From the NCBI GenBank assembly GCA_965213675.1, contig OZ243916.1, positions 3,648,001 to 3,712,000 of the forward strand: a DNA stretch of 64,000 nucleotides, read 5' to 3'. The notes under the pieces are model-generated. The model was not told the DNA's origin, made no database searches, and was given only the letters and a program-made list of their open reading frames with translations. The number at the start of each line of letters is the position of its first letter. Position 1 is the first letter of the stretch. The position numbers and the translations under genes were made by a program. The DNA comes from an uncultured Candidatus Binatia bacterium. Its GTDB lineage: Bacteria; Desulfobacterota; Binatia; UBA9968; JAJDTQ01. This document shows positions 8,234 through 17,617 of the stretch, piece by piece.

Positions 8234-9274
8234 ATGAAGATGCTGCGTTCGATCACGTGGGGACTTTTTGGATTCGCGGCTCTGTGGCTCGCGGGCGGCA
8301 TCGCCTGGGCCGCTGATGAGCCCTTCTACAAGGACAAGACCATTCGCATCGTCGTGGGTTACAGTCCCGGCGGGGGCTTCGACACCTTCTCCCGTCTGGT
8401 GGGGCGTTACCTGAGCGCTCACATCCCCGGCAATCCTTCGGTCATCGTGATGAACATGCCGGGCGCGGGGAGCAAGGCCGCGGCCAACCGTGTCTATGCC
8501 ATGCAACCGGGCGACGGACGCACCATCGTCGTGTTCAATGCGGGCTCGCTGGTGGACGCGGTGGTGGGCGGCAAGAGTGTCAAGTTCGATCCGCGGAAGT
8601 TCCTCTGGCTGGGGGATCCGGCCATCGGGAGCCTTCCGGAGGTGCTTTGGGTCCGTAGCGACCTTCCCGTCAAGACCTTCGAAGACTTCAAGAACTCCAA
8701 GACACCCTTGCACGCCGGCTCCACCGGCGTCGGCTCGGCATCCACGGCCGCGACGCTCTTCCTCGGCTATCTGGGCTATCCCATCAAGGCGGTCATGGGC
8801 TACCGCGGCACGGCCAACGTCATGGCGGCCATCGAGCGCAAGGAGCTGGACGCGCGGATCATGTCCCAGCAGACCATGCAGGGCAACTACCGGCGCTATC
8901 TCCAGAGCGGGCTTGTGCGGCCGATCCTCTCCATGGGCGAAGAGCCGCGGCTCAAGCCGATCCCGGGCATCGCGACGCTCAAGGACCTCGATCTCAACGA
9001 CGAACAGCAGAGCATCGCGGACTTCCTGATCGGGACGTGGAAGCTTCTGCGGCTCTTCGCCCTGCCTCCCGGAACGCCGCCGGACCGGGTCGCGATCTTG
9101 CGCAAGGCCTTTATGGACACGCTCAACGACCCCGAGCTGCTGAAGCATGCCAAGAGCCAGAACCTGGTCATCGCTCCGGCGTCTCCTGAAACCGTCGAAA
9201 AGACGGTGGCCGGTCTGTACGCGACGCCGCAGGAGATGCTCGACAAGTACAAGGAGATCGTCACGAAGAAGTAG
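8234..9274 (+). CDS. TctC/Bug-family tripartite tricarboxylate transporter substrate-binding protein
   Basis: Signal peptide ending AWA, FYKDKTIRIVVGYSPGGGFD, NMPGAGS, GYRGT, PPGTPPDRV. GGAGG RBS at 8221. Confidence 0.92.
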   Translation: MKMLRSITWGLFGFAALWLAGGIAWAADEPFYKDKTIRIVVGYSPGGGFDTFSRLVGRYLSAHIPGNPSVIVMNMPGAGSKAAANRVYAMQPGDGRTIVVFNAGSLVDAVVGGKSVKFDPRKFLWLGDPAIGSLPEVLWVRSDLPVKTFEDFKNSKTPLHAGSTGVGSASTAATLFLGYLGYPIKAVMGYRGTANVMAAIERKELDARIMSQQTMQGNYRRYLQSGLVRPILSMGEEPRLKPIPGIATLKDLDLNDEQQSIADFLIGTWKLLRLFALPPGTPPDRVAILRKAFMDTLNDPELLKHAKSQNLVIAPASPETVEKTVAGLYATPQEMLDKYKEIVTKK

Positions 9275-9388
9275 GCGGCGAGCCCGGTCGCCATTGCCGT
9301 AAATCGCGCGTCAGGAGTGCGCTTCCCCACCGCGATCAGGAATAACCGGTGGCTGGCAAGACCACCCTGCTGCCGCCCAAGGCCAGCG

Positions 9389-10483
9389 TCAGCGCACCAA
9401 GCCGCGCTCCATGATGTAGCGCGCGGAGGCGCGTACGCTTTCGGCGGCCGGCATGAAGTCCATGGCCAGGAGTTGCCGCGCGCGGGCGCTGTCGAGTTCC
9501 TGGCGGCGTCCCAGCATCGGGATGACGGGGCGGATGGATCGATCGAAGAGGCCGATCAGGCGGACCAGGAAATCCGGAGCGGTTCTCAGGGGAATTCGCC
9601 GGCGCGGATATTCCGTCTTCAGGAGTCTGGCCATGTCCGTGAGCCACATGAACTCCGCGGCCCCGATGATGCGCTGCCCCGCCGCCCCCGCCGCGGTGAT
9701 GGCGCGAACGTGCATGCGCGCCACGTCGCCCACGTCCACCACGGGAAGTCCGGCTCGCGGCAGCAGGGGGTCCCGGCCGCGGAGCAGCCGCTCCACGATT
9801 CGCAGCGAGGTGCCGTAGTGGTCGTCAAGGGGGCGACCGAGAACAAGGCAGGGATTGATGGCGGTCAGCTCCAGGTCCGGCGCCTCGCCGGCGACGAAGT
9901 CCCACGCCGCCCGCTCGGCCAGGGTCTTGGACTTGGTGTAGGGCGTCATCCCCGACCAGGCGGGGTCGCTCCAATCCGATTCATCGAATAGGCGCTTGCC
10001 GGTGTCGGATGCCGGGTTGGTCACCGCCGCGGACGAGGACGTCAGCACCACGCGGCGGATGCTGGCGGCGCGGGCGGCCCGGAGCGCTCTCAGGGTTCCG
10101 TCCACCGCGGGGCGAATGAGTTCGTTCTCGTCCCTGGGCTGGGCCATGGGCAGGGGCGACGCCGTATGCATCAGCACGTCCACCCCGGACATGGCATCGA
10201 GCCAGCCCTTGTCGTGACCGAGATCCAGAGTGACGAAACGCAGGCGCCGGTCCAGATCGGCGGCGTCGGGAAGATGCGGCCGCACCGCATCGCGCACCTC
10301 GTCCCGGCGCGACTCGGTCCTCAAAGACCCCACCACGCGGTAACCGGCGTTCAACAGCGCGAGAACGATGTGCTTGGCGATAAAGCCGCTGGCGCCTGTG
10401 ACCAGGACGGCTGGGGGTTCGTCGGAGGCGGAACCGGAGCGGCCCGAAATCCGGCCCGCCTCTCCAGACGGTGGGGAAGCCAT
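9389..10483 (-). CDS. NAD(P)-dependent epimerase/reductase (extended SDR, aldehyde-reductase/DFR-like)
   Basis: VLVTGASGFIA, HTASP, PAVDGT, TSS, YTKSK, INP, VDVGDVA. Confidence 0.92.
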   Translation of the reverse strand: MASPPSGEAGRISGRSGSASDEPPAVLVTGASGFIAKHIVLALLNAGYRVVGSLRTESRRDEVRDAVRPHLPDAADLDRRLRFVTLDLGHDKGWLDAMSGVDVLMHTASPLPMAQPRDENELIRPAVDGTLRALRAARAASIRRVVLTSSSAAVTNPASDTGKRLFDESDWSDPAWSGMTPYTKSKTLAERAAWDFVAGEAPDLELTAINPCLVLGRPLDDHYGTSLRIVERLLRGRDPLLPRAGLPVVDVGDVARMHVRAITAAGAAGQRIIGAAEFMWLTDMARLLKTEYPRRRIPLRTAPDFLVRLIGLFDRSIRPVIPMLGRRQELDSARARQLLAMDFMPAAESVRASARYIMERGLVR

Positions 10484-10506
10484 GCGAACCCGTCGCGACG
10501 GCGGCG

Positions 10507-11379
10507 CTACTCTGCCTGGCCTACCTGGCGCGCGCCAAACGATCCCAATGCCGTGGCATTGGTGAACACGCCACCCACCTCTTCGTGATCGCCGCCGTAG
10601 AACCGGCCGAAGATGCGCGCGTTCGCCGTGGTTTTCGTAAATACCCCGTTGCTGACCGCGACTTCGTCAAAGCGCATGTCGGGGTGGTCCCGGGCCGTGG
10701 TCATGTTCTTGATGCCGCTGAAGTAGACATCCATTGTCATGACGTCCAGCTTGAAGTTGAGGATCGCGTCGCCTTGCAGCGGCTCCGTTTTGCCCGTGTT
10801 CGTACGAGTGGCCCCGAGCATCAGACCCTCCCATGTGGCGTCGCCCGCTGGAGCTTGATCGTTCCGCCTTCCGAAGGAGATGCTATAGGCCGCGAACACG
10901 TTCCCATCGTCGGGCTTCACGCCGCTGGCAACGACGGTGGCCAGGCCGCTCTCGTCCAACCAGGCCCCGTACTCGATGGTTGTCCATTCGATGGAGTTGC
11001 CGTCTTTTCTGGTGACGCGGTATTCGGCGAGGCCGACCCCCTTGTAATCGCGAATATCGGACTGCTCCAGGTCCGCATCGGTCACCGCCCGCGCCAGGTC
11101 AGCCAGCGCGGTCACGCTTTCGGGGGGCGCGAACAGGGGCGCCGTCGTTCGTGTGCATGTGTTCGCGTCGGGCGCGCATTTGTACTCGGTCAGAGCAGGC
11201 GCGCCGTCGATGGTCAGGACATCGCTGATGATCAGGGTGTCGGACTTGTTGACAACGGTGGCAATGCCGCTGGTCACGTCCACGTGCCTGAGTATCTCCG
11301 CGACGTGTTTCTTGTCGTTCTCCGAACACGCGGGCAGCACGGCCAGCGAAATCATGAGCACACACGCCAAACGCCACAT
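10507..11379 (-). CDS. TbpB-like (transferrin-binding-protein barrel) surface lipoprotein
   Basis: Lipoprotein signal MWRLACVLMISLAVLPA-C, then YGAW, ATWEGLMLG and the C-terminal GRFYGGDHEEVGGVF...GSFGARQ typical of TbpB-type barrels. AGGAGG RBS. Confidence 0.75.
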   Translation of the reverse strand: MWRLACVLMISLAVLPACSENDKKHVAEILRHVDVTSGIATVVNKSDTLIISDVLTIDGAPALTEYKCAPDANTCTRTTAPLFAPPESVTALADLARAVTDADLEQSDIRDYKGVGLAEYRVTRKDGNSIEWTTIEYGAWLDESGLATVVASGVKPDDGNVFAAYSISFGRRNDQAPAGDATWEGLMLGATRTNTGKTEPLQGDAILNFKLDVMTMDVYFSGIKNMTTARDHPDMRFDEVAVSNGVFTKTTANARIFGRFYGGDHEEVGGVFTNATALGSFGARQVGQAE

Positions 11380-11508
11380 GGAAACCTCCTTTTGCCCGGA
11401 TGAAGCGTTGCCACATTCCGGTCGCGTTTCATGTCTCTCCGTAGCCAAGTGTTGCAGGGACCCGTCCTGTCCGGGTGCGTGGCATGTCCGACTGAGCGGG
11501 TCGGGCCG

Positions 11509-12426
11509 CTACGTCTGGTACAGGCTGTCGATGAAGCCGCTGTCGTCGATGCGGCGCAGGTGGTGGTAGTCCCATAGCGACGTGGGCTCCACCTGCCCGG
11601 CCGCCGGGTCCCTGCGCTTGGCCAGTTCGTATACGTTGCCCACGGCCTGAAACGAGGCGTAGGGTTTCTGGCTCAGGATCTTCGAGATGCTCTCCCACAG
11701 CGCGGTCGCGGCTTCCAGGTCCAGGTCGCCCTCGGTCTTGTACCGCTCCTGAATGATCCTGATGGACTCCTGCCGGTGCGTCTTGAACCAGGCGATGCCT
11801 TGGCAGGCGCCCTTGAGGAAGCGCTCGACGATGTCCGGATGGCTGTCCACGAATTTTCGTCCGCTGGACATGGTGGTGAACCACACCATGGGCAGGGGGT
11901 CCACGGAGATGACCTTCAAACCGGCGCGTTGGGCGAACAGGTCCGCGGGCGGGTTCACCAGCGCCGCGTCGGCGCTGCCGTCACGAACCATTTCCCAGGT
12001 GGCAGTGCCGCGGATCCGTTCCAGCGTGACGTCGCCGCGGTCCTGGTCGAGCCCGTGCTGCTTGAGGAACAGCCACGTGTTGAGACCGGGATGGTTGCCG
12101 CGAATGGCCACGACCTTGTCCCGGAGGCCGGCCACGCTGTCGATGCCCGAGTCCGCCCGCACTACCAGCCGGTGGTCCAGCAGGCTCACGGTCTGACCCA
12201 GGTAGAGCCACTGGTCGCCGCGCGTCCGCGCCCCGTAGGTGGAGACGTGGTTGCCGCCGACGAACTCGACGCTGCCGTCGGCCACGAACTTGTGGGCGTC
12301 CTCGGAGCTGATGTAAGCGTCGTACGCCACGTCGAGGCCGTGCGCTTCCCATGCGCCCGACTCCCCCGCCACATGAAGGAACGCCAAGTGGCTCGCGGAC
12401 CGGTAGGGGAAGTGAATCTTGTCCAT
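11509..12426 (-). CDS. SsuA/NMT1/THI5-like periplasmic-binding-protein-fold protein lacking a signal peptide
   Basis: AWEAHGLDV, LVVRADSGIDSVAGLRDKVVA, GSADAA, FVDSHPDIVERFLKG, IDDSGFIDSLY. AGGGAG RBS directly before MDKIHFPY. Confidence 0.8.
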   Translation of the reverse strand: MDKIHFPYRSASHLAFLHVAGESGAWEAHGLDVAYDAYISSEDAHKFVADGSVEFVGGNHVSTYGARTRGDQWLYLGQTVSLLDHRLVVRADSGIDSVAGLRDKVVAIRGNHPGLNTWLFLKQHGLDQDRGDVTLERIRGTATWEMVRDGSADAALVNPPADLFAQRAGLKVISVDPLPMVWFTTMSSGRKFVDSHPDIVERFLKGACQGIAWFKTHRQESIRIIQERYKTEGDLDLEAATALWESISKILSQKPYASFQAVGNVYELAKRRDPAAGQVEPTSLWDYHHLRRIDDSGFIDSLYQT

Positions 12427-12767
12427 GGCGTCGCTCCCTTGAAGCGCCTTGAAGCCGCGCCGTGCGCGCTTCGCATGACCGCGCCCGGTTGGCGCGGCGC
12501 CGGTGCCTTTACGGTACCCTTACGGTATACACCAGCCGTGATTTCCCTGCGAATTGCCGGCCACGCCCGGCGGCGCGTTCCCCGCGTTGTCCACAAGGCT
12601 ACGGTGATTCCCGCTTGGGACATCCGGCCGTGAACCGGAAAGCCGGATGGGCGCTGGCCTTGGGCCAGGAGCTTGCGCCGCAAGACCGAACAGGAGTAAA
12701 TGGGAACGAATACGGGGCTGGAATCCGTCCCGCCTCATCCACCAACCGCGCGCGCCGGGAGGAGTCC

Positions 12768-13787
12768 ATGTCCAGGATCAGGATCTTCGCTTTCTTTCTG
12801 GCGGTTGCCTTGTTGCCGTGGCTTTCCGTGGCCCAGGCCGCGCCGGACTACGCCGGCCAGACGCTCCGCCTCATCGTCGGCACGTCGCCGGGCGGCGGTT
12901 ACGACACCTACGCGCGCGCCATCGCGCGCCACATGCCCCGGCATCTGCCCGGCAAGCCCAACATCATCGTGCAGAACATGCCGGGGGCGGGCAGCCTCAT
13001 CGCCGCCAACTACCTGTACAACGTCGCCAAGCCCGACGGACTGACCTTCGCCATGCTCATCAGCGGCCTCGTCATGGAGCAGACCATGGGCACGGAAGGG
13101 ATCAAGTTCGACGCGGCGAAATTCCAGTGGATCGGGGCGCCCAGCGTGGGCATGCCCGTATGCGCGTTCATGGGGTTCAGCGGCGTCAAGACCCTCGACG
13201 ACCTGGTGAAGTCCGAGAAGACGCTGGTCATGGGGGCGGCGGGCAGCAGCACCCGCGAGCAGCCCAGGATCCTCAAGCAGTTGATCGGCGCCAACGTGAA
13301 GATGGTGCCCGGCTACCAGGGCACGGCGGGCATTCGCGCGGCCATGACCCGGCGCGAGGTGGACGGCGCCTGCTGGCAGTGGGTGTCCATGAAGATCACC
13401 GCCCGGGACATGCTCAACGCCAAGGGCGACAACCAGTTGATCCCGGTGCTGATACAAGGCGACTCCGACGATCCCCAGGTGAAGGGGCTGCCCAAGTACA
13501 CCGACTTCATCAAGGGCGCGGAGGACATGGAGGCATTCAACGCGTGGATGGCCCAGTACCGCTTTTTCCGCCCGTTCGCCGCTCCGCCGGAGGCCCCCGC
13601 CGAAGCGGTGGAGGTTCTGCGCAAGGCCTTCAAGGCCACCCTCGAAGACCCGGAGTTCCTGGCCCTTGCCAAGAAGACCCGGATGACCATCCATCACGTG
13701 CCGGCTGACGTCGTCGCCGCGCAGGTCCGGGTGGTGTCCGCCTCGTCCGCGGTCAAGGCCAAACTCCGGAACATCATCGGAAACTGA
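12768..13787 (+). CDS. TctC/Bug-family substrate-binding protein (second copy)
   Basis: Signal peptide ending AQA, YAGQTLRLIVGTSPGGGYDTYAR, NMPGAGS, AKPDGLT, GYQGT. GGAGGAG RBS. Confidence 0.92.
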   Translation: MSRIRIFAFFLAVALLPWLSVAQAAPDYAGQTLRLIVGTSPGGGYDTYARAIARHMPRHLPGKPNIIVQNMPGAGSLIAANYLYNVAKPDGLTFAMLISGLVMEQTMGTEGIKFDAAKFQWIGAPSVGMPVCAFMGFSGVKTLDDLVKSEKTLVMGAAGSSTREQPRILKQLIGANVKMVPGYQGTAGIRAAMTRREVDGACWQWVSMKITARDMLNAKGDNQLIPVLIQGDSDDPQVKGLPKYTDFIKGAEDMEAFNAWMAQYRFFRPFAAPPEAPAEAVEVLRKAFKATLEDPEFLALAKKTRMTIHHVPADVVAAQVRVVSASSAVKAKLRNIIGN

Positions 13788-13821
13788 ACTGGCCCGATGA
13801 GGGGCTCCATCAGGAAGGGGA

Positions 13822-14166
13822 ATGTCCATGGCACGGCCCAGGATACGGCACATCGCCATCAACACCCACGACCGCGACAAGGTGGCGGAGTACTACAAGG
13901 AGCACTTCGGTCTGGAGGAGAAGAGCCGCGGACCCAACGGCACCATCTATCTCTCCGACGGGCACGTGGACGTGGCGCTCATCAGCAGCCCGAACCTGCC
14001 CTACGGCATCCATCACTTCGGCTTCGTGGTGGACAGCGTCGAGGCCGTGGAGCAGGCGACCCGGACCACCGCCAACGCCAACACCTACGGCGCCATCGCG
14101 GAAAGCTGGATCACCGATCCGGAAGAGAACCGTGTGGACGTGTCCGAGCACGGCTGGCCCGTGTGA
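13822..14166 (+). CDS. VOC (glyoxalase/bleomycin-resistance/dioxygenase) family protein
   Basis: RIRHIAINT, YYKEHFGL, LSDGHV, GIHHFGFVVD, DPEENRVDVSE. Confidence 0.88.
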   Translation: MSMARPRIRHIAINTHDRDKVAEYYKEHFGLEEKSRGPNGTIYLSDGHVDVALISSPNLPYGIHHFGFVVDSVEAVEQATRTTANANTYGAIAESWITDPEENRVDVSEHGWPV

Positions 14167-14242
14167 ACGCAGCCTCTCCGGAGACCGCCCCTCCCGGCGC
14201 CGTCCCGATATGGGACGGGACGGCCCGGAACGGAGGTGACCC

Positions 14243-14941
14243 ATGAGCGAATGGACGAAAGCCCGCGCCGTGGTGGATGAGATGGTGAACCGGCATTTCG
14301 AGAGCGCCGAGTACCAGCGGATATTCGGGGTGCGCCTGACCCCGGCGCGCCAGGCCATTCTCGATCTCCACTACCCCCACTACATCAAGAGCCGTCGCGA
14401 CTGCTGGGCGGTGGCCGCGGGCAAGGCGCCGCTGGACGTGAAGCGCGCCATCTGGGAGCACGAGAAGGACGAGCTGATCTTTGACGAGCGGCTGGGCGCG
14501 GCCCACCTCACCGACGAGGACATGGCCGGGGCCGCGGACGAAGCCCGCCTGCTGCCCGGCGCCCGGGCGGCGTTCTGGGCCTGGTTCCACCTGTGCTCCA
14601 CGCGCTCGTGGATCGAGGCGTTGATGGTCAACCACGCCACCGAGCGCAAGAACAACAACGAGATCGTCGCGGGCGGCGGCTTCACCCACCGCATGGCCAT
14701 GAAGAAGGCGCGCGAGATCACGGGTTCGGTGGAGAAGCTCGATGCCAACACCCAGCTTCACATGACCGCGGACATCGGCCACTCCGACATGTTCGACCCG
14801 GTGTTCGACAAGTACGTGCGCGACGCGGACACCGGCGCGCGGATCATCCGCGCGGCGCGGGACTGCCTGGCCCTGGACCGGGCGTACCGCGGGACGCTGG
14901 GCTCGGCCATGGCGGAGGTGCCGGAAACGCAGGCAGCGTAG
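14243..14941 (+). CDS. Heme-oxygenase-like diiron (CADD/PqqC-fold) redox enzyme, copy 1
   Basis: RRDCW, EHEKDE...AAH, NHATE, HMTADIGH: the E..H..E..HxxxDxxH diiron ligand pattern. GGAGG RBS. Confidence 0.8.
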   Translation: MSEWTKARAVVDEMVNRHFESAEYQRIFGVRLTPARQAILDLHYPHYIKSRRDCWAVAAGKAPLDVKRAIWEHEKDELIFDERLGAAHLTDEDMAGAADEARLLPGARAAFWAWFHLCSTRSWIEALMVNHATERKNNNEIVAGGGFTHRMAMKKAREITGSVEKLDANTQLHMTADIGHSDMFDPVFDKYVRDADTGARIIRAARDCLALDRAYRGTLGSAMAEVPETQAA

Positions 14942-14966
14942 GAGCGTCCACGTCGTTGACGCTTTC

Positions 14967-14992
14967 CGTCATTCCCGCGCAAGCGGGGATCC
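14967..14992 (+). repeat. REP/dRS3-like palindromic element
   Basis: CGTCATTCCCGCGCAAGCGGGGATCC resembles the widespread GTCATTCCCGCG..GCGGGAATCC intergenic repeat. Confidence 0.65.
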
Positions 14993-15042
14993 CGGCGGGG
15001 CGGGGAACACGTAACGCCGGCGCGACACGCGGCAGGAGTCTC

Positions 15043-16608
15043 ATGGGCACGGTGATGGGCAGGAACGGCATGGTCGCGTGCAGCCAGCGGCTGGCTTCGC
15101 TGGTGGGCGTCCAGGTGTTGGCGGAGGGCGGCAACGCGGTGGACGCGGCTGTGGCCACCGCGGCGATGCTCGGGGTGCTGGAGCCCATGTCCATCGGTAT
15201 CGGCGGAGACGCTTTCGCGCTCCTCTACGTGGCCGAGACCGGCGCCATGAAGGCGTTGGACGCCAGCGGCCGCTCGCCCCAAGGGGCCGACGCCGGGGAA
15301 TTCCGGAAACAGGGCCTCGACGGGGTGCCGCAGACGGGCATCCATTCGGTGACCGTGCCCGGCGCGGTGCACGGGTGGGAGACGCTGCTGGCAGCCCATG
15401 GCACGCGCACGCTGGCGGCGCTTCTGGAACCCGCCATCCGCTGCGCCACCGACGGCTTCCCGGTGAGCGCCTTCACCAGTGCGGAGTGGCGCGGGCTGGA
15501 GGGCAAGCTCCGAAAGAACCCGGAGGCGGCCGCGGGCTACCTGGTGGACGGGCGCGCGCCCCGGCCCGGGGAGATTTTCCGGCAGCCGGACCTCGCCCGA
15601 ACGCTCCGCGGCATTGCCGAGGGCGGCGCGGATTACTTCTATGGCGGCGCGCCGGCGGAGAAGCTCGTTCGTTGCTCCGAAAAGCTCGGCGGCGTATTCA
15701 CCCTGCGCGACATGGAGGAGCATGCGTCGGAGTGGGTGGCGCCCATCCATGCGCCCTATCGCGGCCGCGAAGTTTACCAACTGCCGCCGGCCACCCAGGG
15801 GTTCGTGGCGCTGGAGATGCTCGGCATCCTCGAAGGTTTCGACCTGACTGGGCTGGAGCACAACGGCGTCGAGCACCTGCACCTCTTCATCGAAGCCAAG
15901 AAACGCGCTTTCGCGGACCGCGAGCGCTACCTGGGCGACCGCGACTGCATGACCGTGGGCTGGGGCGACCTTCTGGCCGAAGCGCGCATCGCCGCGCTCC
16001 GGGACGGCATTTCCAGGGAAAGGGCGGCGGAGCGCGTGGATGCGCTGCCGGTGCAGGGCGACACCGAATACGTGGCCGTGGCCGACGGGCAGGGCAACCG
16101 GGTGTCGTTCATCCAGAGCCTGTTCATGGGTTTCGGCTCGGGCGTGGCGGTGGAGGACACCGGCATCGTGCTCCAGAACCGCGGCCACATGTTTTGTCTC
16201 GAAGACGGCCACCCCAACTGTCTCGGGCCGCGCAAGCGTTGCAGCCACACGCTCATGCCGGGGATGGTGTGCCGGGACGGGCAGCCCGTGCTGGTGGTGG
16301 GGCTCAAGGGCGGCCATGTCCAGGCTCAGGTGCAGAGCCAGATCATTGCCAACGTGGTGGACTTCGGCATGAGCGCGCAGGACGCGCTGGACGCGCCCCG
16401 GTTCAACCACCTGTCCGGCGTGGAGGTGGCGCTGGAACCGGGCATTGCCGCCAACACGGTGAGCGCCCTGGAGGGCCGCGGCCACCGCGTGGTTCCGGGA
16501 ACGCCCGAGAGCTTCGGCGGCGCCCACGCCATCGCCATCGAGCCCGACACGGGGGTGCTCATGGGCGGGTCGGATCCGCGCAAGGACGGTTGCGCCATCG
16601 GGTATTGA
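15043..16608 (+). CDS. ggt: Gamma-glutamyltransferase family (Ntn hydrolase), no signal peptide
   Basis: GGNAVDAAVA, EPMSIGIGGDAF, SVTVPG, GDT (catalytic Thr), QSL..GFGSG, LQNRG, HTLMP, GGHVQAQ, GSDPRKDG. AGGAG RBS. Confidence 0.93.
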   Translation: MGTVMGRNGMVACSQRLASLVGVQVLAEGGNAVDAAVATAAMLGVLEPMSIGIGGDAFALLYVAETGAMKALDASGRSPQGADAGEFRKQGLDGVPQTGIHSVTVPGAVHGWETLLAAHGTRTLAALLEPAIRCATDGFPVSAFTSAEWRGLEGKLRKNPEAAAGYLVDGRAPRPGEIFRQPDLARTLRGIAEGGADYFYGGAPAEKLVRCSEKLGGVFTLRDMEEHASEWVAPIHAPYRGREVYQLPPATQGFVALEMLGILEGFDLTGLEHNGVEHLHLFIEAKKRAFADRERYLGDRDCMTVGWGDLLAEARIAALRDGISRERAAERVDALPVQGDTEYVAVADGQGNRVSFIQSLFMGFGSGVAVEDTGIVLQNRGHMFCLEDGHPNCLGPRKRCSHTLMPGMVCRDGQPVLVVGLKGGHVQAQVQSQIIANVVDFGMSAQDALDAPRFNHLSGVEVALEPGIAANTVSALEGRGHRVVPGTPESFGGAHAIAIEPDTGVLMGGSDPRKDGCAIGY

Positions 16609-16750
16609 AGAGTAGCGACACGACACCAGGAGTCTGCCCGAAATCTGGATGGCGTCCTTCGACTTCGCTTCACGGGCGCGGCGCGACGCATCACGAAGTC
16701 GCCGGGCCGTTCGCTTGCCGGGACGGATCTCCTGGACGGAGGGATCGAGC

Positions 16751-17467
16751 ATGAAGGTTCATGAGTGGCGCAAGGCCATCGGCGACATCGTGCGGGAGCA
16801 TTCGGCTTCCGACGTCTTGACCCGGTACTTCGACCTCAAGCAGAACCCGTTGCGCGCCCAGTTCATCGTCCGGGAACTCGCGCACTTCATACGCCACCGC
16901 CGGGATTGCTGGGCGCACGTATCCGGTAACTGTCCGATCTGGTCGGTGAAGCAGAAGATCCTGCAACACGAATACGGCGAGGTGATCAAGGACGAGTTCA
17001 GCGAGCATGGCCACATCACCCTGATCCTGAATCAGGGCAAGCTGGTGGGGCTGGAGCCGGAGGACATCCTCCATGCCGATCCCCTTCCCACCACCCGCGC
17101 GGTGCTCTACGCTTGGGGCTGGATAACCCGGGAGAAGCCCTGGCTGGAAGGGCTGGCGGCGTTGACGGTGACCGAGTGGTGCAACGACGACCGTCTCCTG
17201 GGAGACCACGGCGGTGGCCATTCCACCCGCATGGGCCGGCGCTGGAGCGAGGACATGGGCTTCCGGATGAAACAGATGCCCAACTTCGACGTGCACTCCC
17301 AGGCCGACGAGGAGCACAGCGACATGTTCCTGGCCGACCTCGAGGAGCACGCCACCGGGCCGCTGCAGGACAAGGCGTTGCGCGCCGTCAAGGAGTCCAT
17401 GGAACTCATGACCCTCTACCGCGCCGGCGTGCTGGAAGCCATGGAACGCATACCGGCGGAAGCCTGA
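16751..17467 (+). CDS. Heme-oxygenase-like diiron redox enzyme, copy 2
   Basis: RRDCWAHVSGNCP, QHEYGE...GH, PLPTTRA, WLEGLA..TVTE, HSQADEEH. Confidence 0.85.
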   Translation: MKVHEWRKAIGDIVREHSASDVLTRYFDLKQNPLRAQFIVRELAHFIRHRRDCWAHVSGNCPIWSVKQKILQHEYGEVIKDEFSEHGHITLILNQGKLVGLEPEDILHADPLPTTRAVLYAWGWITREKPWLEGLAALTVTEWCNDDRLLGDHGGGHSTRMGRRWSEDMGFRMKQMPNFDVHSQADEEHSDMFLADLEEHATGPLQDKALRAVKESMELMTLYRAGVLEAMERIPAEA

Positions 17468-17617
17468 GACGGCAGCGCCGGGAGGCGGCGAGCGATCTTG
17501 CCCCGGGACCGGAATGGAACGCCTGCGGGCGGAAGCCCGACACGCGTCAGGACGGCGGGGCAGCCCGGCAGACGCCTGACACGCGCGCGCGGATCGGCTT
17601 CGGGAAGGAACGACGGG

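Noticed and set aside
14593-15042. Long N-terminal extensions in the ORF track (GGT from 14593, TctC from 8105 and 12462, amidohydrolase from 26424, aldolase from 20060)
   Set aside because: They overlap neighbouring genes or repeats. Downstream ATGs, most with a clear RBS, match the family N-termini.
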